Assembly: GCA_030428785.1 (NCBI GenBank)
Contig: JAUIEF010000005.1
Span: forward strand, 10,919 to 74,918
Length of the DNA: 64,000 nt
Source: a bacterium
Lineage (GTDB): Bacteria > Planctomycetota > B15-G4
Reading direction: 5' to 3'
Each line of letters opens with the position of its first letter. Position 1 is the stretch's first letter. Shown in pieces: positions 31,982 to 41,513 of the stretch. The position numbers and the translations under genes are program-made. Below the pieces are notes generated by a model that saw only the letters and a program-made list of their open reading frames with translations, had not been told where the DNA came from and did no database searches.

Positions 31982-34900
31982 AGACCGTTTTCGCCGCGCT
32001 GGGCGGCGCCGTGGGCACCACCCTGGCCTGCTGGCGCCTCATCCTCATCCTGTGGCTCGTCATCGCGTCGGCCGCGTGGGTGCTCAGCGCCCCCGTCCGC
32101 ACCGAGATCCAGGACACCTTCTCGCACAGCCCGATGGCGACCGGCCTGCTCCAGGCCTTCGACAGCGAGGCGTTCGTGGACTTCTGGTCGGCGGAGCGCG
32201 ACCCCGTCGGTCGGACGTCGCGGCTCGTGCGGGAGAGCGCGTTCGGCTGGATCATCCTCTGGACGATCCTCTCGGCGGGCGTGCTCGCGCGGGTCGCCGA
32301 CAAGCATCGCTTCGACGGGTTCCTCTCCGCGTGCGCGCGGTACGGGCACCGCTTCGTGTGGCTGCTCGCGCTGTCGCTCGTCGCGCTGTGGGGCGTCGGC
32401 TGGTTCAACGACCACCTGTCGGGCTGGGTGACGTCGGCGCTCGTCGGCGACGACAACGCGGCGGGCGCGGGCCTCCTCGGCTGGAGCATGACGCTCAAGA
32501 CGCTCTTCGTGCTCGCGATCATGGGCGTCGTCGTGACGTCGATCCGGTTCGCGCGGCTGCGCGTCATCCTGCTCGAGGAGCGCTTCGTGCTCGTGAGCTG
32601 GCTGAGGGCGCTCGCGTCCGTCGTGCGCCACCTGCCGTCGATCGGTCTCGGGCGCGTGCTGTCGCTGTGGCCCGTCGTGCTCGCGTTCGTCGTGTACGAG
32701 CTGGGCACGTCGGCGGTGCTCGGAGGCTGGGAGCCCATCCCCGGCCTGCGCACGGAGTGGCACCTCGTGCTCGTCATGCAGCTCGCTCAGGTGCTCCTCG
32801 TCGCCGCGCTCGTGTACCGCATGGCGGTGGACGCGCGGCTGTGGATCATCGTCGCGCCGACGGTGGAGCTGGGCGCTCCCACGGCGGCGGTCGCGGCCGC
32901 GACGGCGACGGCGGGCGGCGCGACGGCGATGTCCGGGACGGGCGGAGCCGCGGCTCCCGCGGGCGCTCCGGCAGCGCCCGTGCCGGCCGGCGCCGCGGCC
33001 GGAACCGCCACCGGCGCGACGACCGGAGCAGCAGCCGGAGCCGGGACCGGGCCCGCGACCGGAGTGGCAGCCGGAGCCTCGGCGGCGCCTCCGGCGTCCG
33101 CGAAGCCGGCGGGATCGCCCGCGCCGGCCAAGTCGCCGGACGCCCCGGGCGGGTCCCCGGCGCGCACGGGCGGCGACGCGTCCGCCGCCGGCGGCGCGCC
33201 GGACGTGACCTCGGTCTCCGTGAGCGGCGCGGGCCGCGAGACGACGGCCGCGAAGCCGGCGGTCCCCGCGAAGCCGCCCGCATCGCCGTCCCCCGCTCCC
33301 GGGTCGTCCGAGCCGACCTCCTCGGTGCCGAGCGACACGACGACGATCGCGACGACCCGCTCGAGCACGCCGAAGTCCCCGGACGGCGCGCCCCCGAAGG
33401 CGGCGGGCGGCTCCTCCCCGAGCGGCGCCTCGTCCTCCGGATCGGGCTCCCCGTTCTTCCCCGACGCGCCGCCTCCGAAGCGCCCGGACGATGAATGCCC
33501 GACGTCGGGGAGCGGCGGCACGAAGGGCTTCCTCGTGCTGGCGCTCGCGCTGACGGCGGGCGTGCGGCTCGCGGCGCAGGACGCGCCCGCCGCGCCCGCC
33601 ACCGCGAGCGAGCCCCCCGCCGTCGCGCGGTCGGACGACCGGCGCCCGGTCCACCGCAACGCGTACGCCATCGACGTCACGGTCGACGTGCTCGGGCGCA
33701 CCGTCGGCGGCGTGGAGCGGGCCACGTTCATCAACGAGACGTCGAAGCCCGTCGACGAACTGTGGATGCACCTCTACGCGTCCGCGTTCAGCAACACGAA
33801 GACGATCTGGATCGCGAACGGCCGCGAGGACGCGATCGAGGACCGCGGCGACGAGCTCGGCGGGTACCTCGACGTGCGGTCCGTGCGCACGCCCGACGGA
33901 CGCGACCTCGCCGACGCCACGAGCATCGCGAACACGCTCATGCGCGTGTCGCTCGACGAACCCGTGCCGCCCGGCGGACGCACGACGATCGTCGTCGAGT
34001 TCGAGACGCGCTTCCCGCACATCATCGCGCGCATGGGCCAGGTCGGCCGGCACATCGACGGCATGCAGTGGTTCCCGAAGTTCTGCGCGCACGGTGAGAA
34101 CGGCTGGCGCAAGCGGCCCTTCTACCGGACCGGCGAGTTCTTCGCGGACTTCGGCTCGTACGAGGTCACCTTCCACTACCCGGAGACCGTGGGCGACGAG
34201 CCGCTCGTGCTCGAGGCCACGGGCGTGCCCGGCGAGGCCCAGCCCGACGGCGCGGGGTGGCTGCGGCGCACCTTCCGCGCGGACGACGTGCACGACTTCG
34301 CGTTCTGCGCGGACACGGCGTTCCGCCGGTACGAGGACACGTGGGAGGACCCGACCTCCGGGCGCACCGTGGAGGTCGTCTACCTCTGCCAGCCGTACGC
34401 GGAGCCCAAGGCCGAGCAGGTCCTGTCCGTGCTCCGGAGCTGCCTCGACGCGTCGGCGACCTGGTGGATGCCGTATCCGTACCCGCGCCTCGTCGTCGAC
34501 GGGCTGCCCCACTCGCGGGGAGGCGGCATGGAGTACCCCATGCTGTTCACGATCAGCCAGCGGTTCCCCAACCACCTCGGCTGGTTCGTCGACCTCACCG
34601 AGGACCCCGCGGGCGTCACCGCGCACGAGTTCGGTCACCAGTACTGGTACGGCATCCTCGCGTCGGACGAGGTCGAGGAGGCCTGGCTCGACGAGGGCGT
34701 GAACGACTGGGGCACGACGAAGCTCATCGAGCACCACTGGCCGGACGCCGGGCGCACCGACGCGTTCACGTTCCTCGACCGGAAGCTCGTGCGCGAGGCG
34801 TTCAACGGCGGCGTGCGCGGCGGCCTGCCCTTCACCGCCGCCGAGATGTCGCTGCAGAACGTGCTCGGTTGGAGGACGAGCCCGTTCCACGACACGCCCC

Positions 34901-35859
34901 CGGTCGCCGAGCCGGCGCGCCGCCCGACGCTGCTCGGCTTCCGCGTGCCGGACGTCGCCTCGCTCCGTCTCCCCGACATGAGCGCCGATCGGCCGGTGTG
35001 GGACAAGGCGCGCTACCGCTCCGTCGCGACGACGCGCCCGCTGTCGGCGCCGTCGCGGGACTTCACCGAGGGCTACGGCGGGCTCGTCTACAACAAGACG
35101 TCGCTCGTCCTCGAGACGCTCGAGCGACACCTCGGCGACGAGGTCATGGGCGAGGTCATGAAGACCTACGTCGACCGCTTCGCCTTCGACCACCCGCGCG
35201 GCGAGGACTTCCTGGGCGTCGTGAGCGAGGTGACCGACGGCGCGCACGACGACCTCCTCGACCAGCTCATCCGCACGACACGGACCGTGGACTGGTCCGT
35301 GCAGGAGGTCACGTCGCGCAAGGTCGAGCCGCTCGTCGGGTACACCGACCAGCGGCGTCCGGGCGACCCGGTCGCGTGGACCGGCCCCGAGCCGGAGGGG
35401 GACGGCGACCCGGACGAGGCCCCGTCCATCCCACGCCGCGTCTGGCGCTACCTCTTCGACGCGCCCTACCCGGGCACCGGCTCGGCGTCCGCCGCCGACG
35501 CGCCCACCCGGCCGACCTTCGAGGACGCCGCGGAGGCTCCCGCCCAGTGGGCCACCCGCTACGTCGTCCGCCAGCTCGGTCAGGTCGAGGCGCCCGTCGA
35601 GGTCGAGGCGCGGTTCGCGGACGGCAGCGTGCAGCGGCACACCTGGGACGGCGTCGGCGGGTACCAGGCCTTCGAGCACCTCACGTCGTCGAAGCTCACG
35701 GCGGTCGTCATCGATCCGGACCGCAAGTTCATCCTCGACCTCGACGTGAACAACAACGGGTACGTGCTGCAGGCCGACCACACGACGACGCGCGCGCTCG
35801 CGGCCTACTCACACTTCTGGACGCAGGGCGTACTCGGCGCCTGGTCGCTCGTCTTCTGA
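31978..35859 (+). CDS. Polytopic membrane domain + Ala/Pro/Ser-rich linker + M1-family (gluzincin) metallopeptidase in a single ORF
   Basis: Several N-terminal TM helices, ~200-aa low-complexity linker, GGMEYP, HEFGH, EAWLDEG, YNK; ATGA overlap with the upstream gene. Confidence 0.8.
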   Translation: MKTVFAALGGAVGTTLACWRLILILWLVIASAAWVLSAPVRTEIQDTFSHSPMATGLLQAFDSEAFVDFWSAERDPVGRTSRLVRESAFGWIILWTILSAGVLARVADKHRFDGFLSACARYGHRFVWLLALSLVALWGVGWFNDHLSGWVTSALVGDDNAAGAGLLGWSMTLKTLFVLAIMGVVVTSIRFARLRVILLEERFVLVSWLRALASVVRHLPSIGLGRVLSLWPVVLAFVVYELGTSAVLGGWEPIPGLRTEWHLVLVMQLAQVLLVAALVYRMAVDARLWIIVAPTVELGAPTAAVAAATATAGGATAMSGTGGAAAPAGAPAAPVPAGAAAGTATGATTGAAAGAGTGPATGVAAGASAAPPASAKPAGSPAPAKSPDAPGGSPARTGGDASAAGGAPDVTSVSVSGAGRETTAAKPAVPAKPPASPSPAPGSSEPTSSVPSDTTTIATTRSSTPKSPDGAPPKAAGGSSPSGASSSGSGSPFFPDAPPPKRPDDECPTSGSGGTKGFLVLALALTAGVRLAAQDAPAAPATASEPPAVARSDDRRPVHRNAYAIDVTVDVLGRTVGGVERATFINETSKPVDELWMHLYASAFSNTKTIWIANGREDAIEDRGDELGGYLDVRSVRTPDGRDLADATSIANTLMRVSLDEPVPPGGRTTIVVEFETRFPHIIARMGQVGRHIDGMQWFPKFCAHGENGWRKRPFYRTGEFFADFGSYEVTFHYPETVGDEPLVLEATGVPGEAQPDGAGWLRRTFRADDVHDFAFCADTAFRRYEDTWEDPTSGRTVEVVYLCQPYAEPKAEQVLSVLRSCLDASATWWMPYPYPRLVVDGLPHSRGGGMEYPMLFTISQRFPNHLGWFVDLTEDPAGVTAHEFGHQYWYGILASDEVEEAWLDEGVNDWGTTKLIEHHWPDAGRTDAFTFLDRKLVREAFNGGVRGGLPFTAAEMSLQNVLGWRTSPFHDTPPVAEPARRPTLLGFRVPDVASLRLPDMSADRPVWDKARYRSVATTRPLSAPSRDFTEGYGGLVYNKTSLVLETLERHLGDEVMGEVMKTYVDRFAFDHPRGEDFLGVVSEVTDGAHDDLLDQLIRTTRTVDWSVQEVTSRKVEPLVGYTDQRRPGDPVAWTGPEPEGDGDPDEAPSIPRRVWRYLFDAPYPGTGSASAADAPTRPTFEDAAEAPAQWATRYVVRQLGQVEAPVEVEARFADGSVQRHTWDGVGGYQAFEHLTSSKLTAVVIDPDRKFILDLDVNNNGYVLQADHTTTRALAAYSHFWTQGVLGAWSLVF

Positions 35860-35885
35860 GCGGCTCCCCGGAGGATCCGAACGCC

Positions 35886-37487
35886 ATGCCCGACCGGCAC
35901 CCGTCCGTCCCGTCACGCTCCCGTCCGGTCGCCCGTCGCGGCGCCGCGCTCGTCGCGGCCGTGACCGCCACGCTGGCGTGCGGCGAACCGACTCCGCCCC
36001 GCGACGTGAACCTGCTGCTCGTGAGCTGGGACACGCTGCGCGCCGACCGGCTCGGCGCGTACGGCAACGACGAGTGGGGCGAGAGCCCGTCACCGCGCGT
36101 CGACGCGCTCGCCGCCTCCGGCGTCGTGTTCGAGACGGCCTACGCGCCGCGCGGGCAGACGCACCCGTCCATCGGCTCGCTGCTCACCGGCAAGTACCCG
36201 GCGACGACGGGACTGCGCGAGAACGCGTACCCGATGCCGGAGGAGCACACGACGCTCTTCGAGCACCTCGACGCCGCCGGGTACCAGACCGGCGTCTTCA
36301 TCGCGAACTTCGAGGTCGCGCACCCCGTCGAGGGCTGGGTCGCCCGCGGGGCCGACGTCTCGGCGGACGGCTACGGCGGCGAGCGCACGGGCGTCACCCA
36401 GAAGAACGAGGGCAAGCTGCAGGTCGAGTGGGACGACCGCGTCGAGCGCGCGGCCGCCGCCTTCCTCCGGGGCGTGGACACGTCGCGGCCGTTCGCGCTC
36501 TGGACGCACTACTACGACATCCACAAGCCCTACAACCCGCCGGCAGGGCTCGTCGACCGCTACGGGACGTCGCCCGACGTCTCCGGCCCGCTCGAGGCGC
36601 CGGGCCCGTTCTCCGCCCCGCAGCTCGAGCTCTTCCTCGGGAGCATCACGCTCGGCCGGAAGCCGCCGGCATCCGACGCGGACCTCGTGCGCGTCCGCGG
36701 GCTCTACGACGCGACCGTGCGCGCCACCGACGACCGCCTCACGCGCATCCTGCAGCAGCTCGACGACATGGGCGAGCTCGAGGACACGTACGTCGTCTTC
36801 ACCTCGGACCACGGCGAGGAGCTCTACGACCACAACCGGTACTTCTATCACGGCGCCTCGGTCTACGACGGCGTCGTGCGGGTGCCGCTCGTCGTGGCCG
36901 GGCCGGACGTCCTCGAGGGCCTGCGGGTCCGCAGCCTCGGCCGCACGATCGACGTCACGCCGACGGTGCTCGACCTGCTCGGGCTTGCCGCGGACCCCGA
37001 GATGGAGGGCGTGTCGCTGGCGCCCGTGCTGCGGGGCGAGGCCGCCGAGACCGGCGTCGACCACGCGGTCGTCGAGTGGCAGGACCTCATCTTCGCGGTG
37101 AGCGACGGGCGGCGGAAGCTCATCTACAACGAGCGCCACACCTGGCCGCGCAAGGCGCCCTACGCATACGTCGACGGCGTGGGCTTCGAGATCGACTGCA
37201 TCGAGGCCTACGACCTCGTCGCCGACCCCTTCGAGCAGACGAACCTCCTCGAGGGCTTCGACCTCGCCGCGATCGACGGCGGGCGCGCGCTGCCCGAGGA
37301 GTTCCGCCCGCTCTATCGCGCGCTGCGCGACTTCAAGGCCGACCCCCGGCACAGCGGCGAGATGGACCTCGACACGCTCGACGAGGCCGCCCGCAAGCGG
37401 CTCGCGCAGCTCGGCTACGTCGGCGCCGGCTCCGTGAGCGACGGGCGCTCGGACAGCATGTTCGCGGATCCCTGCGTGACACGCTGA
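35886..37487 (+). CDS. Sulfatase-like (alkaline phosphatase superfamily) lipoprotein
   Basis: Lipobox LACG, DTLRAD, THPSIGSLLTG, HYYDIHKPY, TSDHGE, HG, C-terminal LAQLGY. Confidence 0.85.
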   Translation: MPDRHPSVPSRSRPVARRGAALVAAVTATLACGEPTPPRDVNLLLVSWDTLRADRLGAYGNDEWGESPSPRVDALAASGVVFETAYAPRGQTHPSIGSLLTGKYPATTGLRENAYPMPEEHTTLFEHLDAAGYQTGVFIANFEVAHPVEGWVARGADVSADGYGGERTGVTQKNEGKLQVEWDDRVERAAAAFLRGVDTSRPFALWTHYYDIHKPYNPPAGLVDRYGTSPDVSGPLEAPGPFSAPQLELFLGSITLGRKPPASDADLVRVRGLYDATVRATDDRLTRILQQLDDMGELEDTYVVFTSDHGEELYDHNRYFYHGASVYDGVVRVPLVVAGPDVLEGLRVRSLGRTIDVTPTVLDLLGLAADPEMEGVSLAPVLRGEAAETGVDHAVVEWQDLIFAVSDGRRKLIYNERHTWPRKAPYAYVDGVGFEIDCIEAYDLVADPFEQTNLLEGFDLAAIDGGRALPEEFRPLYRALRDFKADPRHSGEMDLDTLDEAARKRLAQLGYVGAGSVSDGRSDSMFADPCVTR

Positions 37488-37551
37488 CGAGGCGGCCGCC
37501 TCGCGGGCTGTCGTAGCGCCCGGCCGGATCGCGACCCGCCCCCCCAACGCA

Positions 37552-37588
37552 AGACGGGCGCCGCGGCTCGTCGCCGCGACGCCCGTCT
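37552..37588. terminator. Hairpin between convergent genes
   Basis: agacgggcg / cgcccgtct outer stem with cgcggc / gccgcg inner stem. Confidence 0.5.
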
Positions 37589-37618
37589 CCGGTCGTCAGA
37601 CCGTCTGCGCGATCGGGA

Positions 37619-39289
37619 TCAGAGGATCTGGATCGACAGGCCGTCCGTGCCGTAGATGCCGCCCGGCGGGACCGCGCCCGGGTCGGAGACGAACCACTGG
37701 GCGTAGAACTCGAAGCCCGCGAGGATCGCGTCGCCGGGGATCGGCATGTTGAAGCTCGCGAGGCCGTCCGCGCTCGTGGTGACCGGCGCCTTCAGGAAGA
37801 TGCCGCCGATGCCCACGTTGACCGGGACCGGGAAGCGCGGGTCCGGGTAGGGCGTGCCGGCGGGATCGTCGTTGAACGACAGCACGAGCGTGGCCGGACG
37901 GTTCGGACGCGCGTCGCCGAGACCGATCACGAAGTTGGCGTTGCCGCGGTTCGCGGGGCCGTTCGTGAAGATGCTGGCGAAGCCGCCGACGCTGTCCATG
38001 CTCGCGACGCCGAAGTTCACGTTCAGCGACGGCAGCTCGCTGCGGAGCGTCGGGCGTGTGAACGGGAAGACGTTGTCCACGAGGCGGCTGTCGGTCATGC
38101 CGTTCTCGATGAAGTCGACGAGGTCGAGCTTCTCCTGGGCCGTGAGGTTCAGGACGAGGATGTTCGCGTCGAGGTTGCCGTCGTCGAAGTTGCCGCCCTG
38201 GTCGTAGAAGTCCACGAGCTCGGTGATGCTGTCGACCGAGCCGTTGTGGAAGAGCGGCACTCGGAGCGCGGCGTTGCGGACCATCGGCGTCTTGAACTTG
38301 GCGATGTCGGCCGGGTCACCCGTGAACCCCATGCGGCCGGGGTCGTCCGCATCGGGGCGGACACCGACGTTGTGGTAGTCGTTGTTCATGGTGAACGGCA
38401 GCGTGTGACAGGCCGCGCAGTTCGCGTTGCCCTGGAAGAGGTCGAAGCCGGGCTGGAACGGGCCCAGGTCCGGGTTCACGCCCTTCAGGAAGTCGTCGAG
38501 CGCCGTCTCGTCCGAGATGAGCGTGCGCTCGTAGTTCGCGATGGCGAACGCGATGCGCTTGGACGTGACGTCCGGCGTGCCGTAGACCGCCTCAAACATG
38601 TCGGGGTAGGTCGGGTTGTCGGCGAGGAAGTCGAGCATCTCGGCCGGCAGGTTCGTGGCGAGCGCCATGGGCGTCGCGGTCTCGAGCTTCGCGGTGATGT
38701 CGTCCCAGGTGCGACCCAGGCTGGACATCTCGACATCGGAGAGCGGCGGCCCGACGGCCTGGCTCTCGAGCGCGCCGAGGTACGGGATCTCGACGAGACC
38801 GGTCTGCGGGTCGGTGAACGCCTGCGTGGCGCGGCCGTCCCAGAAGACGTCGTTGAAGTAGACGGAGTTGACCGTCGGCGGCGCCTTGCGGTCCGTCGAC
38901 TGCACGGCGAAGCCGTGGCTGGCGGAGAAGAGCAGGTCGTTCGTGAAGTGGTCGATGCGGCGGACACCCGGCGAACCGTTGATGTCGTCATCCGTGCCGA
39001 ACACGTTGTCGGGACCGGGGTGCGTCGCGGCGCCGATGGAGCGCGGGTCCGATCCGCCGTTCTCGTGGATGTGGCAGGTGCCGCACGACATGGTGTTGTC
39101 GTGGCTCATCTGCTCTTCCCAGAACAGGAACTTGCCGAGCGTGTCCTGGTCGGGCAGCAGCGGGTTCTCCGCCGGGAACTCGGGCGGGTTCGGCAGGGGC
39201 GCGTCGGCCTGCGACATCGCGGCAGGCGTCATCACCGCGGCGGCCAGCGCCGCGCAGGCGCCCAGCGTGCGGAAGCGGATGGGTGTCAT
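37619..39289 (-). CDS. Di-heme cytochrome c peroxidase/MauG family protein with C-terminal extra domain
   Basis: Signal peptide; LGKFLFWE, CGTCH, FWDGRA, CAACH, FKTPMVRN, PLFHNG; ~130-aa C-terminal extension. Confidence 0.9.
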   Translation of the reverse strand: MTPIRFRTLGACAALAAAVMTPAAMSQADAPLPNPPEFPAENPLLPDQDTLGKFLFWEEQMSHDNTMSCGTCHIHENGGSDPRSIGAATHPGPDNVFGTDDDINGSPGVRRIDHFTNDLLFSASHGFAVQSTDRKAPPTVNSVYFNDVFWDGRATQAFTDPQTGLVEIPYLGALESQAVGPPLSDVEMSSLGRTWDDITAKLETATPMALATNLPAEMLDFLADNPTYPDMFEAVYGTPDVTSKRIAFAIANYERTLISDETALDDFLKGVNPDLGPFQPGFDLFQGNANCAACHTLPFTMNNDYHNVGVRPDADDPGRMGFTGDPADIAKFKTPMVRNAALRVPLFHNGSVDSITELVDFYDQGGNFDDGNLDANILVLNLTAQEKLDLVDFIENGMTDSRLVDNVFPFTRPTLRSELPSLNVNFGVASMDSVGGFASIFTNGPANRGNANFVIGLGDARPNRPATLVLSFNDDPAGTPYPDPRFPVPVNVGIGGIFLKAPVTTSADGLASFNMPIPGDAILAGFEFYAQWFVSDPGAVPPGGIYGTDGLSIQIL

Positions 39290-39395
39290 TCGGACCTCTT
39301 GCGAAGCGAGAGAGAAAAGGTGATGGGGGGAGTCCAGCGGACGGCCGCCCGCCGGATCCGAGGATCCGGCCCGGGAACGGCGACACGGCCAGAGA

Positions 39396-39425
39396 AGTCT
39401 ACCCCGACTCCGAAAAAGGTGTCAA
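39396..39425 (-). promoter_or_regulatory. sigma70 promoter for the peroxidase gene
   Basis: Minus strand TTGACA-18 nt-TAGACT in a locally AT-rich patch. Confidence 0.65.
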
Positions 39426-39489
39426 TGCATAAGCATTTCGCTCAACTCCATACGATGAAACGACTTACGGCATCCACCCTGGGAATCCG

Positions 39490-40347
39490 ATGAATAGCCA
39501 CGAACCGCCGGCGTCCCCCACCGCGCGCTGGGCGCGCTCGTCCTGCGCCTGGGTCACGCACGCCGAGGCCATCGCGATCATGACGCGGGACGCGAGCGAC
39601 GCGCTCGTCGAGGCGCTCGACGCACCCGCCGACGGACGCGTCCTGGACGTCGCCTGCGGCCCAGGCGATCCCTCGCTGCGTCTCGCGAGGAGCCGATCGT
39701 CGGTCGGGAGCGTCGTCGCGATCGACGCGTCGGTGGTCATGCTGCGCCACGCCGCCGAACGGGCCGCCGAGGACGACCTCCGCCTGCGCGGGATCCACGC
39801 ACGCGGTGAGCACCTGCCGTTCCGCGACTCCTCCTTCGACGCGCTCTGCTCGCGCTTCGGCGTCATGTTCTTCGAGGACGTCCCCGCGTCGCTCGCGGAC
39901 GCCCGTCGCGTGCTGCGTCCCGGCGGGCGCGCCGTCTACGCCGTGTGGGCCCCGCGCGAGGACAACGCCTACTTCACGGTCGCCGACGAGGTGCTCGACG
40001 AGCACGGCTGCCCCGCCGCCGAGGTCCCGCCCGACGCGCCGACGCCGTTCCGATTCGGGACGTCCGGAGAGCTCGCGGCGCTCATGCGGAGTGCCGGCTT
40101 CGCCGACGTGTCGGAGCGCTCCGTATCCATCGCCATGCGACTCCCCGGCTTCGGGCCGGGCGACCTGCTGGACTTCCAGCGGACGATCTCGCCGTCCATA
40201 GGCGACCGGTCCGCGGAGCTCACGGACGACGCGCTCGGCGAGGTGCGGAGCGCGATGGCCCGCCGGCTCGCGCCGTGGACCACGGACGACGGGCTGTCGC
40301 TGCCCGGTCGGATCCTGATCGTCGCGGGTTCGCGGCCGGCGACGTGA
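39490..40347 (+). CDS. Class I SAM-dependent methyltransferase
   Basis: VLDVACGPG, LPFRDSSFDALCSRFGVMFF, RVLRPGGR. Confidence 0.88.
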   Translation: MNSHEPPASPTARWARSSCAWVTHAEAIAIMTRDASDALVEALDAPADGRVLDVACGPGDPSLRLARSRSSVGSVVAIDASVVMLRHAAERAAEDDLRLRGIHARGEHLPFRDSSFDALCSRFGVMFFEDVPASLADARRVLRPGGRAVYAVWAPREDNAYFTVADEVLDEHGCPAAEVPPDAPTPFRFGTSGELAALMRSAGFADVSERSVSIAMRLPGFGPGDLLDFQRTISPSIGDRSAELTDDALGEVRSAMARRLAPWTTDDGLSLPGRILIVAGSRPAT

Positions 40348-40403
40348 CGCGGTCGCGGGGGCGCCCTGCTCCCGTCGGGGAGCCGGGCGCCCCGCGCGCC
40401 GCG

Positions 40404-41513
40404 TCAGGGCTGCATGCCGCCCGAGGTGAGCAACGTCGCCATCTCGTCGAGGTCGAGCACGAGCGGCACGCGCGGGTCGTTGCTGTTGAGCATGACGTGG
40501 CGCACGTTGAGGTTCTGCGCCGCCTCGAGCGCCAGGAAGATCGAACCGCCCGTCGAGTTGAGGATGTCGTTGCGCAGCTGGTTGCGCAGCGCCTCCGCCT
40601 GGTCCACGGCGAGCTGCCCCTGCGCGCCGAGCGAGATGGCCTCGGCCTCGCCCTCCGCGCGGACACGCGTCTCGTAGACCATCGCGGCCGCCTCGACCTC
40701 CGCGATCATGACCTCGTAACGGCTGCGCTCCTCCTGCAGGACCTTGTTCCACTCCTCCGTCTTGGACTTGATCTCCGCCTCGATCTGCTTCTCGATCGAG
40801 TTCGTGACCTTCTCCTCGTCGGCCTGCGCCGTGAGCGCCACGTCGAGCAGGGCCTTCTGCGTGTAGTACTGCTTCTCCTGGAGCTTGGCCTCGTACTGCG
40901 CGCCGAACGCGACGCGGCGGATGAGGATCGCGTCGGCCGAGACGTGGAACTCAGCGAGCGTCGCGTTGAGGTCGGGGAGCACGTCCGACGCGCGCTGGAC
41001 CCGCTTCTCGGTGTCCTGGAAGTCCTCGGACGTGAGGTTCGAGAGCTTGTTGCGCAGCACGCTCTCGACCTTCGACTTCACGTTCTGCGCGTAGTCGGCC
41101 ATGATGCCGTCCGACACGATGCGCCACGCGCCGCCTTCGATGATGCGGTACGGCACCGTCAGGTCGAGCGTCGTGAGGTTGCCGTCCGTCGTGCGCAGCT
41201 CCATGGGCTGGTCCCAGATCGTCGTCTGGAGACCGTGCTCGGTGACACCGCGCGGCTGGTCGCGGGCGGACTCGACGGACGCCGTGAAGTGCAGGAAGTG
41301 CGTCCGCCGCGGGAGGTAGTGCCATTTGTGCACGCCGGTGATGCCCCAGTACGTGCCCGTGGTGAAGTCCTCCTGCGTGATGCCGCCGCCCCACAGCGAC
41401 TGACGCACGCCGATGTCCATGGGCTGGACGCGCTCGAAGAGCAGCATGCAGAGGATCGAGGTCGCGACGAGCAGCGTGACGGCCGTGGCGAGCGTGCGAG
41501 CGAAGCGTGTCAT
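40404..41513 (-). CDS. SPFH/Band 7 domain membrane protein
   Basis: N-terminal TM, LRTTDGNLTTLDLTVPYRI, coiled-coil tail, ends VLDLDEM. Confidence 0.8.
   Translation of the reverse strand: MTRFARTLATAVTLLVATSILCMLLFERVQPMDIGVRQSLWGGGITQEDFTTGTYWGITGVHKWHYLPRRTHFLHFTASVESARDQPRGVTEHGLQTTIWDQPMELRTTDGNLTTLDLTVPYRIIEGGAWRIVSDGIMADYAQNVKSKVESVLRNKLSNLTSEDFQDTEKRVQRASDVLPDLNATLAEFHVSADAILIRRVAFGAQYEAKLQEKQYYTQKALLDVALTAQADEEKVTNSIEKQIEAEIKSKTEEWNKVLQEERSRYEVMIAEVEAAAMVYETRVRAEGEAEAISLGAQGQLAVDQAEALRNQLRNDILNSTGGSIFLALEAAQNLNVRHVMLNSNDPRVPLVLDLDEMATLLTSGGMQP

Noticed and set aside
32860-33490. Ala/Pro/Ser/Gly-rich segment as a tandem DNA repeat or separate gene
   Set aside because: Low-complexity protein linker with no exact repeat unit; the alternative frames there are shadows.
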